This document shows positions 50,256 through 59,193 of a stretch of DNA of 64,000 nucleotides, in pieces. Within the stretch, counting starts at the first letter, position 1. Every line of letters starts with the position of its first letter. Position numbers and translations under genes: made by a program. The stretch lies in assembly GCA_963662545.2 (NCBI GenBank), contig CAXXLL010000003.1, positions 2,395,856-2,459,855 on the forward strand, in the 5' to 3' direction. The notes under the pieces were generated by a model. It did no database searches and had not been told where the DNA came from. It saw only the letters and a list, made by a program, of their open reading frames with translations. Source of the stretch: Gammaproteobacteria bacterium (GTDB taxonomy: Bacteria > Pseudomonadota > Gammaproteobacteria > Ga0077536).

Positions 50256-50924
50256 GTGCTGACAGCACGATCCGTGGTGGTGACCGGCGCAAGCGGCGTC
50301 CTGGGACAGGTCGTGGCCGAAACCGCCCGCCTGCAGGGCGCCTCGGTGTCGGCGCTGGACCTCCACGAAGGTCCCGGCCACGAAGACATTCGAAAATTTG
50401 CCGTCGACCTGATCGATGCGCCAGCGACCATGGAATGCATCCGGCAGATCGGTGACATCGACGTGGTTTTCAACATTGCCGGCGGATTTGCCATGGGTCC
50501 GGCAGTCCATGAGACGACGGCTGATCAATGGGACCACATGTTTCGCATGAACGTCGTGACGATGCGCAACACCGTCAACGCCGCTATCCCGCAAATGATG
50601 GCCCGCGGCTACGGCAGTATTGTCAATGTCGGTGCGATGTCCGCGCGCGAAGGCCAGGCCAACATGGGCGCTTATTGCGTCGCCAAGAGCGCCGTCATGC
50701 GACTGACCGAAAGCCTGTCGAAGGAATTAAGGCAGCAGGGCATTAACGTCAACGCCGTTCTACCCAGCATCATCGACACCCCCGCCAATCGCGCGGACAT
50801 GCCCGACGCGGATTTCTCGAATTGGGTACGGCCGCAGGATCTGGCGAACGTCATCTGCTTTCTGGGTTCCGAGGCGGCTCGCGCCGTGCACGGCGTGTTG
50901 CTGCCGGTTCAGGCGCTTGCTTGA
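50256..50924 (+). CDS. Short-chain dehydrogenase/reductase (SDR)
   Basis: 222 aa, GTG start. TGASGVLG, NIAG, YCVAK (YxxxK). Confidence 0.8.
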   Translation: MLTARSVVVTGASGVLGQVVAETARLQGASVSALDLHEGPGHEDIRKFAVDLIDAPATMECIRQIGDIDVVFNIAGGFAMGPAVHETTADQWDHMFRMNVVTMRNTVNAAIPQMMARGYGSIVNVGAMSAREGQANMGAYCVAKSAVMRLTESLSKELRQQGINVNAVLPSIIDTPANRADMPDADFSNWVRPQDLANVICFLGSEAARAVHGVLLPVQALA

Positions 50925-50990
50925 ATTCGGACGCCGGAATCTGCCACGATTTTCTCCTCTAACTTCGCCACTGAATACGTTCGCTTAAAA

Positions 50991-51752
50991 TCACGCGACC
51001 CGCTCAGGTCCTTTTGGCAGGGTTGGCCAAAATTCCGGGTCGTGTCCATAGATGATCTGCGCGCCGCGCGCCTGCAGTTCGCGGAATTTATTGAGCGATG
51101 CGATCGTTTGTTCGCGGTCGTGCATGACTCCCGGTAAAGCGAGCTCTTCCAGGGTCTTGCGCAGGTAACAGGCATCACCCGTCAGCACGTATTCGCCTTT
51201 CGCGGTTTGAATCTTGAGCGATTGGTGGCCCGGGGTATGGCCGTAGGTGGGAATGCACACGACGCTGCCGTCCCCGAAGAGATCGTATTCACCCTCTATG
51301 ATTTTGATGTCCTGCCCGGTGTCGTAATCCGACCGGACGTATCCGCCGTCGGGCTCCGGCTTGGTGGCCCAGTCCCATTCGCGTTTCTGGATGATGACAG
51401 GCGCATTGACAACCTTGTCATTGCATCCGCAATGGTCGAAATGCAGGTGCGAGTTGACGACGAAATCTATCCGCGCGATATCGATATCCACGGTTTCCAG
51501 CCGCGACGCGATCTCTTCTCCATCGCTGAAGTGGACCTCCGTCATGCCCGCCAGCCGTTCTCCCATATATCCAACCGGATCCGTTCGTATCACCTCGTTC
51601 AGTCCGGTATCAAACAACACTGTCCCTTTAGGATGCTTGATCAAAAACGACGGGATCGGTGCGCGCATCGTGCCGTCTTCGGCGTTTTCGAAAAATATTG
51701 CGAGCGGCATCGTGAGTTGGCCGCACTCAAAAGCGTAGATTTCGGCAGTCAT
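50991..51752 (-). CDS. MBL-fold metallo-hydrolase, lactonase-like
   Basis: 253 aa. HLHFDHCG (HxHxDH), TYGHTPGH, GHD. Confidence 0.75.
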   Translation of the reverse strand: MTAEIYAFECGQLTMPLAIFFENAEDGTMRAPIPSFLIKHPKGTVLFDTGLNEVIRTDPVGYMGERLAGMTEVHFSDGEEIASRLETVDIDIARIDFVVNSHLHFDHCGCNDKVVNAPVIIQKREWDWATKPEPDGGYVRSDYDTGQDIKIIEGEYDLFGDGSVVCIPTYGHTPGHQSLKIQTAKGEYVLTGDACYLRKTLEELALPGVMHDREQTIASLNKFRELQARGAQIIYGHDPEFWPTLPKGPERVA

Positions 51753-51957
51753 GGTGATTCCTTAAAGGTTTGTACCATCAGGGGAACGTGAGATTGATCA
51801 GAATCGATGTTAATTGCGGCCGAGGGAAGGAGCAAGGAGCGCCGGCCTTGTAGATGGTATCCACGTTTTTGGCGACCCGTTTTAAGCTGTCGGCATATTC
51901 GCCAACGTAAATCCATCCGGTATTGCCATGACGTTCGGGGCGGGTGACACTGCATGA

Positions 51958-52560
51958 ATGACCCGTTCACCGCGCTTTGACAGCAGATGCTGCGTCCGGC
52001 GCCGCACATTTCTTGCCGGTATGCTGGGCAGCACCTTATTCGGAATCGGCACTTTCGCCGCCACGAACGCTGGAACGCGTTCAAAAGACCCTCGGAAATT
52101 GCCGCCACAAATCGGCGACGAACTGGTACGTCCCTCTTGGGAAGATGAAGGTCGCATCATTTCAATCGACGACCTCCCGTTGAACGGCCCGCCGCTTCTC
52201 GCCTACCCGCGCGATCCTGCTGCGGGAATCGCGCGCGAACGGTCCCGATTGAATCAGATCCTGCTCGTGCGTCTCGAGTACACCGAAATGAGCGAGCAGA
52301 CTCGTGCAGTCGCGGATGCAGGCATCGTCGCCTATTCCGGGATTTGCACACACGAAGCCTGCGGCGTGTCGGAATGGAACGCGGCCGACCGGTATTTCAT
52401 CTGTCCCTGTCACGCCTCCGAGTTCGACCCCAGGAATCGCGCGGCAGTGGTGGGCGGACCCGCTCGGCGTGCCCTCCCCGCCTTACCGATCAAACGCGTC
52501 GGCCGGAACATCGTCGTAGCCGGAAAATTTACGAACCGTGTTGGCGCAAAAAGAAAGTGA
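51958..52560 (+). CDS. Periplasmic Rieske [2Fe-2S] protein with a Tat signal
   Basis: 200 aa. RRRTFLAGMLG. CTHEACGV...CPCHASEF. The stop lies 8 nt before the PQQ dehydrogenase start. Confidence 0.8.
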   Translation: MTRSPRFDSRCCVRRRTFLAGMLGSTLFGIGTFAATNAGTRSKDPRKLPPQIGDELVRPSWEDEGRIISIDDLPLNGPPLLAYPRDPAAGIARERSRLNQILLVRLEYTEMSEQTRAVADAGIVAYSGICTHEACGVSEWNAADRYFICPCHASEFDPRNRAAVVGGPARRALPALPIKRVGRNIVVAGKFTNRVGAKRK

Positions 52561-52568
52561 ATCAAACC

Positions 52569-54287
52569 ATGAAACGATCGATGAGATTCTTCGCGCTTGC
52601 GTGCATAAATACCTTAGTTTCACTCGCCGTAGATGCAGAACCCATTGACTATAATCCGGTCACCGCCGATCGCCTAATCGAGCCGGAGCCCCGGAATTGG
52701 CTGATGTACCGCGGCACTTATGACAGCTGGGGATACAGCCCGCTCGACCAGATCACACCCGACAACGTGGCTGGTCTCATCCCCGTCTGGACCTTTTCCA
52801 CCGGCGTCGAGGAAGCGCACCAGTCGCCGCCCATCGTCAACGATGGGATCATGTTCATCACGACGCCTGAAAACCAGGTCTTGGCGCTCGACGCCCGCAC
52901 GGGCGATTTGATCTGGCGTTACCGGCGCGAATTGCCGGACGATCTTATGCAACTCCACCCGACCAATCGCGGTGTCGCCTTGTGGAGCGATCGTGTCTAT
53001 CTCGCAACCGTCGACGCTTACCTGATCGCGCTCGATGCCCGCACTGGAGAAGTGATATGGGAGCGCGAGGTCGAGGATTATCTCGGGGGTTATTACATGA
53101 CTCTTGCGCCGCTGGTAGTCGACGGCAAGGTAATGGTCGGCATGTCGGGCGGCGACCTCGGCATCCGCGGTTTCATCCAGGCTTTCTCGGCGGATGCCGG
53201 CGAGCCGCTGTGGAAGACTTACATGGTGCCGGGACCCGGCGAGCCAGGCCACGATACCTGGCCCGGTGATACCTGGAAGCGGGGCGGCGTTTCGATTTGG
53301 GTAACGGGCAGTTACGATCCGGACACCCAGCTCGCCTACTGGGGCACCGGCAACGCGGGGCCTTGGATCGGAGATCAACGGTCGGGCGACAATCTCTACG
53401 CGACTTCGGTGCTTGCGCTCGATATCGCCACCGGCGAGGTGCGCGCACATCATCAATATCACTGGAATGATTCGTGGGACTGGGACGAAGTCTCAGCACC
53501 TCTGCTCGTCGATATCGAGCGCGGCGGCAGAAAGATCAAGACCCTCGTTCACGCGGGACGCAATGGCTATCTATGGCTGCTCGAACGAAGCGCTGAGGAC
53601 ATTCGTTTCGTCGATGCGACCCCGTTCGTACGTCAGAACGTCTTCACTCGGCTCGACCCGGAGTCCGGCCGTCCGGAATACGACCCGACCAAGGTTCCGC
53701 GGACCGGTTCGCGCGTCGAGTTCTGCCCCAGCATCTGGGGCGGTAAGGACTGGCCACCGTCCGCTTACAATCCCAAGACCGGCTACCTCTACATTCCGGC
53801 GAACGAGAATCTTTGCGGCGCATTTACAGGTGAACCGGCGAAATACCGGCGCGGAGAGCTTTATCTGGGCATGCAGTTTTCGACGATCGAAGTTTTTCCG
53901 CACGAGGACGCCGCGCATCACATCGGCGAATTGCAGGCCTGGGATCTGACCGCAGGGAAAAAAGTCTGGACGGTTGAGTTTCCGTTTCACAACTGGGGTC
54001 CGGTTCTGACCACCGGTGGCGGTCTGGTGTTCTCCGGCGGGACCAACGACCGCTATTTCCGCGCCTTCGACGCCAAGACCGGCGAAACACTGTGGAAACA
54101 ACGGACCAACTCGGGCATCGTCGGCGTCCCGACCAGCTACAAAATCGACGGCGTGCAATACGTCGCTGTGCAGTCAGGCTGGGGTGTCGACGCTCAACGC
54201 AAGCAGGAATATTTGGACAAGGCTTTCGGCACGAAGACGCACGTACCGCAAGGTGGCGTGCTGTGGGTGTTCGCGCTGGGCAATTGA
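52569..54287 (+). CDS. PQQ-dependent dehydrogenase, methanol/ethanol (8-bladed propeller) family
   Basis: Start at MKRSMRFFALA (ATG 52569) inside track ORF 52344..54287. Signal peptide, W-motif repeats, NRG, DNLYATSVLALD, WNDSWDWDE, GGLVFSGGTNDRYFRAFDAKTGE. No CC dipeptide anywhere in the protein. Confidence 0.85.
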   Translation: MKRSMRFFALACINTLVSLAVDAEPIDYNPVTADRLIEPEPRNWLMYRGTYDSWGYSPLDQITPDNVAGLIPVWTFSTGVEEAHQSPPIVNDGIMFITTPENQVLALDARTGDLIWRYRRELPDDLMQLHPTNRGVALWSDRVYLATVDAYLIALDARTGEVIWEREVEDYLGGYYMTLAPLVVDGKVMVGMSGGDLGIRGFIQAFSADAGEPLWKTYMVPGPGEPGHDTWPGDTWKRGGVSIWVTGSYDPDTQLAYWGTGNAGPWIGDQRSGDNLYATSVLALDIATGEVRAHHQYHWNDSWDWDEVSAPLLVDIERGGRKIKTLVHAGRNGYLWLLERSAEDIRFVDATPFVRQNVFTRLDPESGRPEYDPTKVPRTGSRVEFCPSIWGGKDWPPSAYNPKTGYLYIPANENLCGAFTGEPAKYRRGELYLGMQFSTIEVFPHEDAAHHIGELQAWDLTAGKKVWTVEFPFHNWGPVLTTGGGLVFSGGTNDRYFRAFDAKTGETLWKQRTNSGIVGVPTSYKIDGVQYVAVQSGWGVDAQRKQEYLDKAFGTKTHVPQGGVLWVFALGN

Positions 54288-54354
54288 TCGACCGTCGCGT
54301 CCGGACGCTGCGCCGGGATCGAAATCGAAAGACGTCACAGCCGATAGTTGCTTA

Positions 54355-55419
54355 CTACCGGCCCGGGGTATGACTGCGGTCGATAAACTTGTCGAAGTAA
54401 ATATCGCGGCCTCGTACGCCGGCATTCATGAGGATCGGCAGTGCGGCATCTATCATCCCGGGGGGGCCGCACAAATAAGTCTGACAGCCTTGGAGCTTGA
54501 ACTCATTCACTGCCTCGATGAAGTCGGTGACTAAGCCGCGCGCACCCTGCCAGTCGCTGTCTTCGGGTTCTTCGGATAACACCGGAAGAAAGCGGATCGG
54601 CCCGGCCCATCCCTTCGTGAGCGTTTCCACGAACGCATCCTCGTAGAGGTCGGCACGCGTGCGCGCACCGTAGAGATAAACCACGCGACGAGACAGACCG
54701 ACCTGGCGACCCACCTCCAGCATGGCTTTGATCGGCGCCATGCCGCTGCCGCCGGCAATACACAAGATCGGCGCGTCCGATTCGCGCAGCCGGAACACAC
54801 CGAATGGGCCTTCGACTCCAAGGGTCGCGCCCACGCAGTCGCCCGCGGCAAACCAACCCGACACTTCGCCGTCTGGGATCAGGCGTACATGGAAGGAGAG
54901 ATCATCGCTGCCGTCACTTCTCGGCGCCTGCGCAAAGGAATACGACCGGCTCCCCTCTACTCCCGGCACGCTGAGGTTCGCGTATTGGCCAGCGTAGTAG
55001 TCCATAGGCCCGTCGAGGGAGATGCGTACATGTAGGATATCGCGCGTCAGATTGGAGACCGACGTCAAACTACCGTTGAAGTTTCGCGCCGGAATCATAT
55101 CGAGGCCATCGTCGAGCGAGGTGACTCGGATTTTGAGATCGCTCTTGGCCAGCGATTGGCAGGCGAGAATATATCCGCCGCGCATTTCCGCCACGTCGAG
55201 CGTGTAGGCGAAATCGGTCAGCGGCTTGATGTCGCCTTCGAGCAGTAGTGTCTTGCAGGATGAACAGGCGCCGACCTGGCATTCGTGGGGATAAGCGAGC
55301 CCGGCCTTGAGCGCGGCTTTGAGGATCGTTTCGCGGGCGTCGACCGTCAAGCTTATGCCGAAAGGCTCAACGTAGACCTGATGGGTTTTAGGCGTGCGGC
55401 TGAATATGCGCTTAAGCAT
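54355..55419 (-). CDS. Ferredoxin-NAD(P) reductase with an N-terminal plant-type [2Fe-2S] domain (XylA-like electron-transfer component)
   Basis: 354 aa. CQVGACSSCK...ILACQS, FNR-like RSYSFA, GGSGMAP, CGPPGM. Confidence 0.8.
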   Translation of the reverse strand: MLKRIFSRTPKTHQVYVEPFGISLTVDARETILKAALKAGLAYPHECQVGACSSCKTLLLEGDIKPLTDFAYTLDVAEMRGGYILACQSLAKSDLKIRVTSLDDGLDMIPARNFNGSLTSVSNLTRDILHVRISLDGPMDYYAGQYANLSVPGVEGSRSYSFAQAPRSDGSDDLSFHVRLIPDGEVSGWFAAGDCVGATLGVEGPFGVFRLRESDAPILCIAGGSGMAPIKAMLEVGRQVGLSRRVVYLYGARTRADLYEDAFVETLTKGWAGPIRFLPVLSEEPEDSDWQGARGLVTDFIEAVNEFKLQGCQTYLCGPPGMIDAALPILMNAGVRGRDIYFDKFIDRSHTPGR

Positions 55420-55432
55420 GAAGACAGGCGAT

Positions 55433-55498
55433 GTTCGCCCGCAAGCAGGCTCTTACAGGGGTTTTTTCACGCCCGTAGGAGCTCGCTTGCAGGTGAAT
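55433..55498. repeat. REP-like inverted pair (diverged variant) between the hydroxylase and reductase genes
   Basis: GTTCGCCCGCAAGCAGGCTCTTAC at 55433-55456. GTAGGAGCTCGCTTGCAGGTGAAT at 55475-55498. Confidence 0.75.
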
Positions 55499-55527
55499 GA
55501 AAGATAGTTTTCGCTCGTGCAGTACCT

Positions 55528-56703
55528 TTATTGAGGGGCCGTCGCAGCCCGGGTATACACGGAAATACCACTCCCCGCGTTTTGCTCGACGGCAATCTGT
55601 CGCTCCTGCGCCGTCGCGAATTCCTCGTCCCACTTGAGTATCTGGGGCCCTGTTACCCAGCGGAACACGGGCGGGAAGTAGGCCAAGAAGGCATTCGTAA
55701 CGCAGCCGGTTTTCAGTATGGGCACATTGCCCGCTTTGGCCTTGGACAATTCGTGAAAAGGCCGGTTCGGGTGCGTATGGTGTTCGGAGTGTTTGCTCAC
55801 GTTGAACAACACGACTTGAGAGCAGAGGCGGTTGCAGTTCCACGAATGCCGCGTGCCATAGGTCTCACCGGGCGACAACACCAGCCCGTGATGGAACATG
55901 TAGCCGATCGCCTCGTACATCATCTTGCTCATCCAGAATGCGATCGTATACATGCCGACCGCGAGCCAGCCGCCTAGGAGGAACACCGCGGTCCACACGA
56001 CGCCGATACGCAGCCCGCATCGGATCATCTTGTTGCCGATCGAAATGACCCCGTGCCCGTGTTTCGCCAGGCGTTTTGTTTCAACGTCCCAGGCATAGAG
56101 GATTTGCTTGAAGGGCGCGGTCGAATAAAACGCCCAATAACTGTCCCCGCGCAGCGACAGTGATGCGTCGTACGGTTGCCCGAGCGTGTGGTGATGGCCG
56201 TAGACGTGTTCGGTCTCGAACGGAATACCGCCGGACATCGCAAAGAACCAACGCCCGAAGAACATCGCGACCGGATCCCAGGTCCGGTGAATGAGCTCGT
56301 GGCCCATAATGGTGTTAATAATTGCAAGCATTAAACCGAGGCCCAAGGCACCGCCCACGTAATCAATGATCCCGTTGCTGGCCTTCGCGGCCAGTGCGTC
56401 GTAGCCAGTCAGAGCCGCGACTGCGCTACCGATACCGAATAAATCGCCCGGCGCTATGGTCCAGATAAAGATCACCGCGGTGCCCACTATCACCGGAAAG
56501 TAGCTGTACAGAATCAAGTTCAGGATCTGTGGGTAGCTGTATTCAGGTGCTTCGCCATGATCACCGAACAGAAAATCACCGCCGACGGTGCCCACGATCG
56601 TGAATACGTATCCGAGCCACAGCCAGTGGCCGCCGAGTATGAATCCGAACACCGTTACGCCGATGAGAATATCGTTCGATAAATACTTGAGGTATTTCAG
56701 CAT
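55528..56703 (-). CDS. Integral-membrane di-iron hydroxylase of the AlkB/XylM (fatty-acid-desaturase-like) family
   Basis: 391 aa. His boxes HELIHR, EHVYGHHH, HSEHHTHP. About 6 TM helices. Confidence 0.8.
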   Translation of the reverse strand: MLKYLKYLSNDILIGVTVFGFILGGHWLWLGYVFTIVGTVGGDFLFGDHGEAPEYSYPQILNLILYSYFPVIVGTAVIFIWTIAPGDLFGIGSAVAALTGYDALAAKASNGIIDYVGGALGLGLMLAIINTIMGHELIHRTWDPVAMFFGRWFFAMSGGIPFETEHVYGHHHTLGQPYDASLSLRGDSYWAFYSTAPFKQILYAWDVETKRLAKHGHGVISIGNKMIRCGLRIGVVWTAVFLLGGWLAVGMYTIAFWMSKMMYEAIGYMFHHGLVLSPGETYGTRHSWNCNRLCSQVVLFNVSKHSEHHTHPNRPFHELSKAKAGNVPILKTGCVTNAFLAYFPPVFRWVTGPQILKWDEEFATAQERQIAVEQNAGSGISVYTRAATAPQ

Positions 56704-57041
56704 TTCAATGCCTCCCTGTGACCGCTCGGCAGCGAAGGCCGAGAGGTCCGCTACCTGGGAACGCCTGAGGTAATTGTCACATGATCCGGCGGCGAAATAT
56801 CCTATTTCGACGAAATCACGGTTGGTATTCGGGCCAATACCCGCCCGCCGGACTGCGCTAAGCCCCTAATTTATCGGAACATTCTGCGAGGGCCGTAGAT
56901 CCGACCCGCGGAGGACAGACGTATTGCCGGAGAATGCGTTTGCTCGTTCAGGAACACTCATAATCCGCTTACCATAAACGCCTGAATCGAAAAGATGCTA
57001 GGGCTTCGGGTTCATAAAGGTTCCAAAATGCGCGTCTTTGA

Positions 57042-57686
57042 TCATTCCACGCTGGCGGCAAAAACACTCAAATCCTGCGGCCCGCCACGCTCAAGCGCCC
57101 GTTTATAAGCGTCGCGCGAGCGCAAACCGTCGAGATATTTCTGCAAGCCGGGGAAACTCTTCAAGCGTCCGCGGCATTCCGAAAATTCAAGTGTCCAGCC
57201 GAGGTTAGTGTCCGCCGCCGAGAAGCCCGAGGCCAGCACGAACTCGCGCCCGTCGAGACTGTCCTGCAGAAACTGGTGATTCTTCGTGATCTCAACGTCG
57301 AAAAAACCCATCAGCGTGTCGTTGCCACCACCGGTCCACGCGTACAGAAGATCGACGATTAAGCCCGGAAACAAGGTGCCTTCCGAATAGGCCGACCATT
57401 GCAGGTATTCGCCGTATTCCGGTGAGTCGGAACTGCGGCTCAGGCGGCCGCCACCCAGCTTGTTGCAGACGTATTCGGTGATGGCTTCGGATTCAACAAT
57501 GAGTTTGCCATCGTGCTCGATCGTCGGCGCTTTGCCGAGCGGATGCACCTGGTTCAGTGAGTCGGGCGAACGTTGTGTTTCGGCATCGCGTTGATGCTTG
57601 ACGATGTCGTAGGTAATTTCGAGCTCTTCGCACAGGAACAAGATGCGCTGCGAGCGGGAATTGTTCAAATGATGGACGGTGAGCAT
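57042..57686 (-). CDS. Glutathione S-transferase family protein
   Basis: 214 aa. N-terminal thioredoxin-like NSRSQRILFLCEELEI..HPLGKAPTIE..ESEAI. Confidence 0.8.
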   Translation of the reverse strand: MLTVHHLNNSRSQRILFLCEELEITYDIVKHQRDAETQRSPDSLNQVHPLGKAPTIEHDGKLIVESEAITEYVCNKLGGGRLSRSSDSPEYGEYLQWSAYSEGTLFPGLIVDLLYAWTGGGNDTLMGFFDVEITKNHQFLQDSLDGREFVLASGFSAADTNLGWTLEFSECRGRLKSFPGLQKYLDGLRSRDAYKRALERGGPQDLSVFAASVE

Positions 57687-57700
57687 GGGTATTTCTCCTT

Positions 57701-57730
57701 AGGTCGAGGTCGAGGTCGAGGTCGAGGTCG
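57701..57730. repeat. Hexanucleotide tandem repeat (AGGTCG)x5, directly 5' of the GST Shine-Dalgarno sequence
   Basis: Five perfect units counted at 57701-57730. On the gene strand they abut AAGGAG (57695-57700). Confidence 0.9.
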
Positions 57731-57829
57731 GGGTATGGGCATCAGCATTGCGCCGACCACATTAGTGTAATTGATTTTCCATGAAGGCCCATCGCACCGT
57801 GTGAATCGGAAAGGCAATGGCGGCGGACC

Positions 57830-57955
57830 GGATTCGCGCATCTGAAAAAAGTCGATGTATCGCCGCACTGAGCGCGCTGCGTTTTCATTCTGGGTCCAGT
57901 GGCCGACCTGACCGATCACGTGCTGCTGCGAGCGCGCGATTAATATTTTATCCGT
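57830..57955 (-). pseudogene. Possible 3' remnant of an alpha/beta-hydrolase gene
   Basis: Minus-strand frame reads ..KILIARSQQHVIGQVGHWTQNENAARSVRRYIDFF... This resembles the catalytic-His C-terminus (GHW.Q.E.P....I..FL) of alpha/beta hydrolases. The frame opens only at 57955, where the GC content drops. Confidence 0.35.
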
Positions 57956-58050
57956 TCACCTGACAACGATAACAAGTGACCAATGAATAACCCCTTCGTG
58001 CCCTTCTCCGTTTTCATCGCTATCATTACCTATTCGTTTTATATTCGCGT

Positions 58051-59193
58051 GTGAGCAAGCTTGGACAAAGGATCGCAATGCAATTCTTCAATCCAACACC
58101 GCTTCAACGAAGAAACATTGGAAAAATCGTCCCGTTCGGATTCATCTGGTTTGGTTTTGCACTGATCTATTTGATTCTTGAACGGGGGCTTCTTGGTGAT
58201 TTGACCGAATATCCCTCGACCGGAAACCCCTATGAATTCGGCAGCGCATTCGTAGTAACGTCTATCAGCTCATTATTCTTGGGGTGGGTACTTGGTGCCC
58301 TTGAGATCTTGGTGATCAACCGGCTTTTCGCCCGTCGGTCATTCGGTGCCAAGATTGCTATTAAAACCGTGCTGTATCTAATGCTGATCTGCACCTTCAT
58401 TGTGCTCGTAGCAATGCTCGTGAACGCCGTTGAAATGAGAGTGATGCCGCTTGATCCAGATGTCTTACGGTATACCTTCGTCTTCTTCACCGATTTAGCT
58501 TTCTGGGCCATCGTTCTTTACGCAGGATCTGTCATCGGTCTGACCCTGTTCATCTCAGAAGTGAGCGACAACCTTGGACAGGGGGTATTGAAGAATTTCC
58601 TGACCGGGAAATATCATCAACCGAGAGAGGAGGAGCGGGTATTTATGTTTCTGGATATGAAGTCATCAACAACGATCGCAGAGCAATTAGGCCATGTCCG
58701 ATATTTCCAAATGCTTAATACATATTACGCGGACATCACGGACGCCGTATTGCGGACGTTTGGAGAAATCTATCAATATGTCGGCGATGAAATCATTATT
58801 TCCTGGAATATGAATAAGGGGTTACGGAATAGCAATTGCCTCCGCTGCTTTTTTCTCGTCAAGGACATTCTTGCAGCAGAAAAGCTCAAATACGAGGAAT
58901 CATTCGGACTCGTACCGGAGTTTAAGGCAGGGTTGCACTACGGCAGAGTGTCTACCGGAGAAATTGGAGTAATCAAAAAAGAGATCATATTTTCGGGCGA
59001 CGTATTGAACACGACGGCCCGAATACAAAGTGCATGCAAGGTCTATGATGTGGAGTTCCTGGTTTCGAATGACCTCCTTTCTTTGCTACAACCGGACGAT
59101 CTGTATGATTCAACAGAAATCGGTCATTGTGATTTACGTGGAAAGGATACGAAGATAGCGCTTTCAACCGTTGTGCAACGACGGCCAGCCTGA
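58051..59193 (+). CDS. Membrane-anchored class III adenylate/guanylate cyclase
   Basis: 380 aa, GTG start. About 5 TM helices, then the cyclase domain FMFLDMKSSTTIAE..YVGDEIIISWN..HYGRVSTGEIG..GDVLNTTARI. Low-GC gene. Confidence 0.8.
   Translation: MSKLGQRIAMQFFNPTPLQRRNIGKIVPFGFIWFGFALIYLILERGLLGDLTEYPSTGNPYEFGSAFVVTSISSLFLGWVLGALEILVINRLFARRSFGAKIAIKTVLYLMLICTFIVLVAMLVNAVEMRVMPLDPDVLRYTFVFFTDLAFWAIVLYAGSVIGLTLFISEVSDNLGQGVLKNFLTGKYHQPREEERVFMFLDMKSSTTIAEQLGHVRYFQMLNTYYADITDAVLRTFGEIYQYVGDEIIISWNMNKGLRNSNCLRCFFLVKDILAAEKLKYEESFGLVPEFKAGLHYGRVSTGEIGVIKKEIIFSGDVLNTTARIQSACKVYDVEFLVSNDLLSLLQPDDLYDSTEIGHCDLRGKDTKIALSTVVQRRPA

Noticed and set aside
57665-57919. 84 aa ORF containing a PRPRPRPRPRP tract.
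   Set aside because: The Pro-Arg run is simply the (AGGTCG)x5 microsatellite read through in frame. The ORF also overlaps the GST start and SD. Only its upstream part may be a gene remnant, which is reported separately.
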